From: a virus
Lineage: Duplodnaviria > Caudoviricetes
DNA: 64,000 bases
Virus record (IMG/VR): IMGVR_UViG_3300024346_000004
Strand: one strand, 5' to 3'
In this document: in pieces, positions 51,248 to 60,800 of the stretch
How positions within the stretch are numbered: position 1 is the stretch's first letter
How the letters are laid out: each line of letters starts with the position of its first letter
Program-made: the position numbers and the translations under genes
The notes under the pieces: generated by a model
The model's database searches: none
What the model was told of the DNA's origin: nothing
Seen by the model: the letters and a program-made list of their open reading frames with translations, nothing else

Positions 51248-54200
51248 ATGGCAAACAATAAATCTAGAAAATCTAAAAAAAATCAGGAAGAAATTGTAAA
51301 AATCTTCAATGTAGATCCTAGCAACTTCTTTGATATTTACTCTTGGATTGATACACTTGGCTCACTTCCAAAAACTACAGTATCACAAAAAAAGTCAAGC
51401 TATTCTACAGCTCAGATTGTTTATGATATTACCGCACCAGAAGGAATTGTTATACTAAATGAAAATAAAGACTCTGGAGGAATTGCTGTCCACCAATTTT
51501 CAGCTTTTGGCTCCTCCACTTCTTCAGATTCTGCTACAACATCAGATAAAGTACTAGAAAAAAGATATGAGGGATTTAGATTCTCAGCTACTGCATCACA
51601 AACAGTAAAGTCCCTCATATTAAGACTTAAAAGATCTGCTAATATAACAAACAATTCTAATTCTATAAAGCTATTACTATATTCAGACAATAACGGCACA
51701 CCTGATCAGTTATTATCATCAAGCAGTAATCAGATATTATTTTCACAACTCGGTACTACTTATGCCGAATTTGAATTTGATATTACTTCAGATATTGTAA
51801 TTTCGAATTCTTACTGGTTTGTATTAGATATTCCTACTTATCCATTAACCAGTGATAATGCTTTTATTTCATTAGCTTATGTTTCAGATTCTTCATTGTA
51901 TTCTACTTCACAAGATTCTTTAACATGGACTAAATCTGCAGGTAGAGCATTTTATAAAATCACTGGAGAAAATACAGATTCTTTATCAGATACAACCGTA
52001 GCAGTAGATTTACTTGATAATCCTGTAAGACCTGCTGTTTCCTTTGGTGGATCTGAAAATGAAAGTTCTTATGAGCTAATTGGCTACGGAAATGTAAATT
52101 ATCTTACAAAATATTTTGAGCTTACTAATGGAGTATATCCTGAGGTATCTTCAATAGTTGTTGGAGCTACAGCATCTAAAGCTAAACAATATTCTATAGA
52201 AATTAAAACATCTCCTACCGATACATGGAAATCTGTTTATCGAACTATAGCTGATGAATATTCTACTGATTTCTTAAAGTACACATTCTCTACACCTATT
52301 AGATTATCAAATATCAGAATGTCATATAGGGGCGATTATTACACTAGTTCTAATACTGGATCATTCACATTAGCTGGTCAAGATTCATTATCCGACATAG
52401 AATCATTTCAAGCTAGTCATTACACTGATTTTAGAGATGCTATAGATTTCCCAAATGCTTCAACAGATGGATGGGTTTCGTTTACAGAAGGTATATCAAC
52501 ATTTAATTGGGATTTTGTAAACGAAAGCAGAGTATGGACCAAGCAAACAAATACATCTACAAGCCCATTAACTGAAGTTATTGCTTATGGATCAAAATTA
52601 ATTATTGCGTCAGGTAATAAGTTCTACAAATATTCTGAAAATCAATTATCTTTAGTACAGTCATTAGCTGGTACTGTAACTATCACATGCATAACTTTAC
52701 ATAAGGGTTCATTGTATGCTGGTACTTCTAATGGTATGGTTTACTATTCATCTTCTGGAGAATCATGGGTTATTATCAATCCACCTATATCTTCTTTAGA
52801 CCTTACACCTGTTCCGTTACAACCTATTAAAAGTCTTGGATCATACAGAGGCTTATTATGGGTAGGAACTAGTAGAACATCCACTCTAGATTCTGCAATA
52901 TATTCTTGGGATGATACTTCATTTTCTAAAGTAAAAACATTTTCTTCTAGGGATATATTATCTTTATCTTCTGGCAATAATAATCTTTATGTCGCTACTG
53001 GTGGAAGATTAGATTATATGGAATCTGCTATTTATAAATATAATGGCAAAGATTGGTCCTTGATATTAGATACTGAAGATGATCGCTTAGACTGCTTATA
53101 TTATTCATCTAATCTATCTTTACTTTTTGCAGCTACAAGTAATGGTAATATTTGGACATACGATAATACTACATTTACTAAAATATTTGAAACTGATAAT
53201 ACCGGATTCTTTGACATTTATGAAGACATATCAGGTACTTATGTTTGGTTTGCTGGTGATAAAACAGTAGTCACATACAAAAAATCTGATAAATCTTTTG
53301 GTTCATTATCTTATCCTTCATCTATACAATCAGGATTAGCGGCCACATACAGATCTTCTGATATTATAAATTACAAATCTTTTGATTATGAAGTTTCTAG
53401 AAATGATAAATTTGAATCTGACTTTAACTTCACCAATTTAGATACATCCAATCCGCTATCTGCTACATCTTATTATAATGTTGTCTATACAGGATATATC
53501 AATCCCGTATCAACCAATGTATATGACATAAAACTATCTACAAATACTGGCGTTAGAGTGTATTTGAACGATGAATTGTTTATTGACTCATGGACTAACA
53601 AAACTGTATCTGCTGACGTTATAGATACCTTTAATTTTACATTGAATTCAAAAGTAAAAATAGAAGTTAGATCTTTCATTGATACAGTTTCAACCCCTGC
53701 TATTTCTTTATTATGGAGAATTTCAGGTGTAGGATCTTATGTAACAATACCATCTTCTGTATTTACTAGACCGGGTGATGTTTATGGAGTGTCAAAATAT
53801 TCCACTTCTTTATATACGGTTAACAAAGACGGTAATGTTTATTTATTAGATGATAGTAATCTTAATACTACTGACAGAAATATTTATGTCAGATTGAAAG
53901 ATAAAGCAGGTAATTATCACGGTAGTCCTGTCTATACTGGTGTCTATAATTTTTATCAAGACTCTGACCATATCAAAGACAATATTAGCATAGGTACTCA
54001 GACTGTAAATGGTACTGCAATTTCTGATGGAAAGATTTATCAGATAGGCGAAGATAAACAAATTAAATCATTATTTGTTGCTAAAACTTCCGAAGCTTTA
54101 TATTCTCCAGATAGAGTTGTAAGAGCAACAGGTACATATGAAGTATTACCTCAATATATTGCAACGCTGACTAGATGGGATACTCTTACTTTATTAACAT

Positions 54201-54820
54201 CTACACCAGCTGGAACTACTCCAATTGAAGGATTAGATTCAGGTACAGAGGTAAAAATATACATACGTTCTGGCAATTCTAGAGATGAATGTTTAGCTGC
54301 TGATTGGGGAGTTCCATTTTCTTATGGAACTATTGGCAATTCTACTAACGCAGGATTGAATACCTCTACGTTTAATATATCTACAGTTCCAGGAAAATGG
54401 ATTCAATATAAAATTGAATTAGTATCCGCAACAAATAATTTATCACCAGAAGTTAGAGCAGTGACAATTTCTTATGTAGCTGCGGATTCTAGTTATTTCT
54501 TTACTAAGGTATTTGATACATCCGCTGAGACTGCTGATGCGATATTACCAGAGTTTAGAAGAGGGTTATTAACATCAAATCAAATCCCTAATGGTGGTAA
54601 TCTTGTTTATGGATATACAATTGATACAGATCCAGCTGTAACATTTGATTTTACAAGATATACAATAATTGAGCCTAATAGGGTATTTGAAATGCCAACC
54701 ACATCTTCAAAAATTAGAATCGGAATCTTGTTTGTATCAGTAGGTGTTAATCCAGCTATTGTAAATGATTTCGCAGTACAATTTGATTTAGGTGAATCTG
54801 ACCTTAAATTAATGGACTAA
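51248..54820 (+). CDS. Tail/baseplate protein with beta-propeller and PA14 domain
   Basis: LYAGT/LWVGT/LYVAT blades; YTGYINP...YDIKLSTNTGVRVYLNDELFIDSW (PA14); LYSDNNGTP...SYWFVL module. Confidence 0.7.
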   Translation: MANNKSRKSKKNQEEIVKIFNVDPSNFFDIYSWIDTLGSLPKTTVSQKKSSYSTAQIVYDITAPEGIVILNENKDSGGIAVHQFSAFGSSTSSDSATTSDKVLEKRYEGFRFSATASQTVKSLILRLKRSANITNNSNSIKLLLYSDNNGTPDQLLSSSSNQILFSQLGTTYAEFEFDITSDIVISNSYWFVLDIPTYPLTSDNAFISLAYVSDSSLYSTSQDSLTWTKSAGRAFYKITGENTDSLSDTTVAVDLLDNPVRPAVSFGGSENESSYELIGYGNVNYLTKYFELTNGVYPEVSSIVVGATASKAKQYSIEIKTSPTDTWKSVYRTIADEYSTDFLKYTFSTPIRLSNIRMSYRGDYYTSSNTGSFTLAGQDSLSDIESFQASHYTDFRDAIDFPNASTDGWVSFTEGISTFNWDFVNESRVWTKQTNTSTSPLTEVIAYGSKLIIASGNKFYKYSENQLSLVQSLAGTVTITCITLHKGSLYAGTSNGMVYYSSSGESWVIINPPISSLDLTPVPLQPIKSLGSYRGLLWVGTSRTSTLDSAIYSWDDTSFSKVKTFSSRDILSLSSGNNNLYVATGGRLDYMESAIYKYNGKDWSLILDTEDDRLDCLYYSSNLSLLFAATSNGNIWTYDNTTFTKIFETDNTGFFDIYEDISGTYVWFAGDKTVVTYKKSDKSFGSLSYPSSIQSGLAATYRSSDIINYKSFDYEVSRNDKFESDFNFTNLDTSNPLSATSYYNVVYTGYINPVSTNVYDIKLSTNTGVRVYLNDELFIDSWTNKTVSADVIDTFNFTLNSKVKIEVRSFIDTVSTPAISLLWRISGVGSYVTIPSSVFTRPGDVYGVSKYSTSLYTVNKDGNVYLLDDSNLNTTDRNIYVRLKDKAGNYHGSPVYTGVYNFYQDSDHIKDNISIGTQTVNGTAISDGKIYQIGEDKQIKSLFVAKTSEALYSPDRVVRATGTYEVLPQYIATLTRWDTLTLLTSTPAGTTPIEGLDSGTEVKIYIRSGNSRDECLAADWGVPFSYGTIGNSTNAGLNTSTFNISTVPGKWIQYKIELVSATNNLSPEVRAVTISYVAADSSYFFTKVFDTSAETADAILPEFRRGLLTSNQIPNGGNLVYGYTIDTDPAVTFDFTRYTIIEPNRVFEMPTTSSKIRIGILFVSVGVNPAIVNDFAVQFDLGESDLKLMD

Positions 54821-54823
54821 TAA

Positions 54824-57800
54824 ATGCCTCTCAGGACTTCTACTTATAAATATTACACTCTTTCTTTAGGCGATAAATGGTATCCAGGTTATGACTATGA
54901 AAATATGTCAACATCTGAAAATCAATTATCTGCTCTATTTAGCTTTGTTGGGCCTGGAGTATTAGAAGGCTGGCTAGTAGAAGCTCTATCTAATTTTAGA
55001 GATGAGCAAATCTCTTTAATAGATGGATATTTGAATAACCCATCTTCTGATTTAGGACAAAGATTTTTATATTTAGGTTTTAGACCAGATTCAACATGTA
55101 AATTAGCCACTACTACAAATATCGCCTCCTTATCTGGGTTATTAACAGTTGATGGAGTTGCATTAGCTGCAGATGACAGAGTATTAGTTAAAAATCAAAG
55201 TACAGCATCTCAGAATGGCATTTATCTAGCAAAATCTGGTGCATGGGTAAGAGCGTCAGAACTAGATAATAGATCTGAATATAATTCTAATTTTATTGTT
55301 TTAGTATTACAGGGAACAAATAATACTAAAACTGTTTGGGTAATGTCAAAACCACCTTTAGCAGGAGTAGTAGTTGGAACTACAAATATATATTTTGCTA
55401 ATGCTTTCAATCAGGTTGTAAAAGTAACTCCAGGATATGGTATTGTTGATTTATATTCAGCAAGAACTTATTACACAAATTATCTTAGAGTTACTACAGA
55501 GAATACTTTTTATGTTTGGGCTGAACCAGGATTGTGTTTGATATCTGATGGCATTTGTTCTATATCATGTCCAGCTGATCCAAATGAATTTTACGATGTA
55601 TCAAATCAGGCCACTTATTTAGCAACACTTAATACCTTAGCTGATCCAACCACTGGTATAACATCTATATCTGAAATCGTATATGAAGATCGTAGAAATG
55701 ATCTCAAATATCTTGCCGGGGCTCTAAAGAACGCATTAAATAAAGCATTCTATAGACATGTTCATACTGGTACTAATTCTACTCCAACAAAGATTTTATT
55801 ATCTACAACTTTGGTTTTAGACTGTTATGCTCCTACATCTAGCACTATTTTCGAAGTTAGAGATAGCACTAATACTTTATTTAAGTGGACTAGTAGTAGT
55901 TATGGCATTCCTGAAGTTCGCATCAATAATATTCCGTTATTATCAAGTGCTTATAGATTAGATAATACTAATGGGAAACTTTACTTAAAAAATTCTGTTG
56001 AGAGCGGAAATCTTGTTCAAATTATTCTTCCATTATCTCCACAAAGTAAATTATTTACAAATACAGATGCTACTACAGCTTTTACTGGAACAATTTATCT
56101 CACTGACGGCACAAAATATACAGATTCAAACAATAATACAGTATATAAAACATTTTCATGGTCTGATACAAAATATTTACCAGCTACAGTATATTTGAAT
56201 GATATTTTAGTTAACCCAGAATATTATGAAGTAGATCCTAATCAAGGTTCTATTCTTTTTTCAACTAATCTACCAAACTATTCTTCATACACTTTGAGTA
56301 GTGTTGGGGTAGTAGTAGAATCTGTAGGAAGAGAAATTGAAGATAAACTAACTGGCAAAAGAATTGAAGACATTAATGCTGCATCTTTCACCAGAGGAAC
56401 AGTAGACGCTAAAAGATTACCAGCAATAGATCACCTTGGACAGTATAGATATAAGAATAGTACATATTTATCACCATCCAATAATCTAATATCATACGGA
56501 GATTCTTTTACATATTATCCACAAGTAAATTCAGATCTACAATTTGATTCATTTATTACCAAAATATATCCCTCACAAAATATTGGTAATTTGATTTCTT
56601 CTAAAAATGGTTTATGTGTTACCAAAGATTATATTACTAATAATTTTACCAATACTTGGAATGTTGATAACGGTTATATCAAGGATGTAATGGATGAAAT
56701 ATTACAAACTGATTCTTTTGATAATCATTTTGTAAGAACATGGGCTCTGACTTCTACAGGCCGATTATATTCCACTCAAAATAAAGGCTTAACTTGGTCA
56801 ATCACTAAACAGCCTACTCAAGCAAATAATATTATATTAGCTAATGCTTTTTATGCTTCTACTATGAAAGAAGAAGTAGAACAGAATAGTATTATTAAAA
56901 CTGTTTATTCTACAAATCTATATCAAGGTACTAATTCTGGGTTTTATAGTGCTCACATTCAAGATGGGTTTACCGAGAATGAATGGTCCTGGTCAAAACT
57001 AACTCGAATTAAAGATGAAAACAATGCAGTTACATCTTTCAACGTTGTATATGCTGTTCTTGAAATAACAACATTAAGGCAAGTAACAGATGCTCAAACT
57101 GGTGATGTTAAAAAAACATACGACACAGCTATTTATCTTGGGACTGATAACGGTTTCTTTGTCGGTTCTGCATATGAAGTTAAAAGAATATATTCAGATA
57201 TTGTCAAGGGCTTTTATTGGATTCAATCAGGTACATCAAATCAAAACCTAAATGATATACTTTGGCATACTGACACTGAAGCATTTATTACACATACAGC
57301 TATTTATCAAGATGATGGACAAGGTAATACTTCTTGGATTCCACCTCTTTCAAATACTGACTTTTTTGGAGATTGTAGATTAGCCACTACAACAAACATA
57401 AATGTTACTCCTGGAAGTTGCCCATATTCAATAGATGGAATTAATTTACAGTCTGGTAATAGAGTTTTAGTTAAGAATCAAACAGATGCTAGACAAAATG
57501 GTATTTATTATGTTGTTACTTTGGGATCTAGCAATGATGGTACATGGTTAAGAACTGCTGATGTATTTACAGCTGGAAAACAAGTAAGAGTGACAGCTGG
57601 TAACACAAATGCTAATTCTTCTTGGGTATTAAAGTACTCTCCAAATTATGTATTCGGTTCAGCATATATTAATTGGGGCTTAGGAAAATATAGAGTATAT
57701 ACAAGTGCTAATACTATAAAGGGAATTACGCAAAGAAAATCTACTAGCCAATACTTAGTCTATCATACTGGTGGATTAAATATCGTAACAGATTCTTTTG

Positions 57801-60800
57801 ATCCTAACATCAATCCATCAACATCTTCTTTATCATGGAATTTAGAAGGCGGAGTGATTAATCATATTTATTCCATTACTGATTCTTCTACAGATTATGG
57901 GATTTTATATGCTGGTACTAATAAAGGTTTACTTAAGTCTACTGATGCTTTATTTGATTCCACATCTTTATTGAATCCTTGGACTAGAACTCAAAAATAT
58001 CTGTATGAATCAGATGAATTGACATTGTTTAATTCATACACTAATATTGAAGATCTATCTACATTTTCAGTGTTAGAAGACTATCAAGCTGTTAAATTCG
58101 ATAATGCCAAAAATAGTTGGGATATTTTTACATATGAAAGAGAATATGTAAATTTTTACACAGATCCATGGAATTCAGAAAATGCAGATGTTATTGTTTA
58201 TGTTAATGATATTGTCAGTAACATTCCTTACACAACAAATGCTAGTGAGGGTAAAATCTCATTCTTATCATCTTTATTAAAATCTGATAAAAATGACGTT
58301 ACAGTAACTATTATTCGTAAAGGCGCATATATATCTAATACTGGTGAAAATCCACATGCTGAAGTATTGAGATATTTAGTCACCGAAGAACAAAGTGTAA
58401 CAAAATTATCCACTGATTTACTACCCACAGATTTAGTAATGTATGTTGATAATCCTTCAGCAATACCTACATCTACAAAAATTTTAGAAATTAGATTCGA
58501 TACTATTGTTGAAAAAGTTACAGTTGATGTAAATCCTGTAACCAGAAAAGTTACATTACCATTTGCTAGAACAAGTACAATCACATTTCCAGCTTCATCC
58601 ACTATTCATTTAGTTGTATATAAGAATGTTTTAGGTATTGAAGATCTTCTTTACAAAAAACAAAATAACCTTACTTACCACTTGACATCGGTAGATAATG
58701 CTAATACATTACAACTAGCTTTAGCATCTAAATCTAATTATGCCAATTTATTCTCATTTTCAGAATCACCAGCGATTGGAAATGATGAAAGAGGTTTAAT
58801 TAAAACTCTATTGGTTGATAGTACTAATTTATCAACCATATATGATAAAAAAGCCTCAAATTCAAGCACATACTCAGGCTTATTACCTTCTTTGACTGAT
58901 AAACCATTTAACCCAGTTAGTATATATGCTGTTTATAATGCATCTAAGACGGGTGCAAATATGAAAGTTGCTACTGATTCTGGATTATGGAATTACAATG
59001 GTACAGCTTGGGTAAAAGAATCTGATTTAGGTGGTAGTAGTAGATCGTACTATATTAAGAATATAGATGGATTGATATCTACAGGTTCTGATACTGGATT
59101 ATGGCAAAAAAATGTTTCTTGGTCACAGAATGCAGTATATCCTCAAACTCAATTTGCTTATTTATCAGGATCATGGTTTACAGGTACATTCCAAGCATAT
59201 GGTAAAGAAGATGGTTTAGCTTTTGTTAATGTAGCTTCTGGATCATCTACTTTTACTTCTGACCATTTTGATTTAGTAGATGGAAAAAATGTCTACGGTT
59301 TATACAAAGATCAATTTATTAGAATAACTACAGATTCACAAGGCAATTCACAGCAAACAAAAGTAGATGCTTTATATTTATGTGCAGAAGATGGATTGTA
59401 TGCTGTAACTAATGGAAGTAGATCAGGTTCTTTTGCATCTATCTTAAACGGTCGTGAAATGCTTGATAACGCATATAAGACCACTAAATTTTATGATATT
59501 TTTAGAGCATTAGCAACCCCACCATCTACTACTGCTCCTGTACCGATGTTTATATTGACATCTAATGGGATATTAAAAGTACGCAACTGGAGATGGTGTG
59601 ACCCTACTGAAAATGATTTAGCATTTACTGTAGAAAATACATTCTTATCAGGTATCAGTTGTTATTGCTATGCTTTATCCACAGAAGTAGGTCCTCCAGG
59701 CAAAAGTAAAATATTTATAGGCACAAATGATGGTGTTTATAGATCATTTAATGAGGGTAATACTTTTGAAAAATGTGAGAGAATTCTTGGTGGTGCTGTT
59801 ACAGTATATGCTTTAAATATATTTTCAAGCACATATACAGAAAATTCTATCTCTGTTACAAAGAATGTTCTGCTTGCTTCTACTGAAAAAGGCATGTGGT
59901 ATAGTGCAGACGATGGAGATACATGGTATTTATCTGGAAAACCTACAGCAGAAAATTCTTATCCTGTTACATTTAACTCCACTATCAATTCAAATCTTAG
60001 TTTAGGTTCTACAGATACTACTGGTGGTTGGGTCGCACAAACATTTAAACCACAATCAGGTCAGTCGCAAGTATTTAAAATATCCGCTTATTTTGATTTA
60101 AAACAATTACAAACAGATCCAGCATATAGCTTATCTTTAGGTAATCAAATACAAGCTTATATATATTCTACTGATGTAAACGGAGTACCATTAACACAAA
60201 TAGCAGCAAGTGGATCTGGTACTATTGCTACTTTAATCTCACAAGGATATTTACCATCTGGATTTACCTCGGATTCACTTACTGCTAATTCAATCAAATA
60301 TCCAGGCTTCTTATCAATCTATCTACCTGTGACGTTGCCTAATTCTACTAGTACTTATGCATTAGTTATCAGAGAAGTAGTACAGGTAGGTGGCATATCT
60401 TTAGTACAATGGAAAAAATCTACTCTTGCAAACCCTTATTCTGATGGTAGATCTTATTCTAGTACAAACGGAACATCTTGGGCAGCTTTAAATACAGCAG
60501 ATGATTTATTCTTCCAAGTTTATTTTACTGGACAATCACAATATTCAGAAACAAATGAAATTGTAGGTTATAAATCAACATCCTCAATAAATGGATGGGC
60601 AGATGGTGAATTTAATGGATTGATTGTTAATGATTCTGGTGCTTTAACTACAGACTTTAAATTCGCTACATCTTTCTTGATAGATGATACAACATCTATG
60701 GGATTTGCTTTTGATAATATAAGCAACTATGAAAATGAATTAAGCGGTCTTGTTGATAGAATCTGGAATAGAACAACTATTTCCTCATTACCATTAAGTT

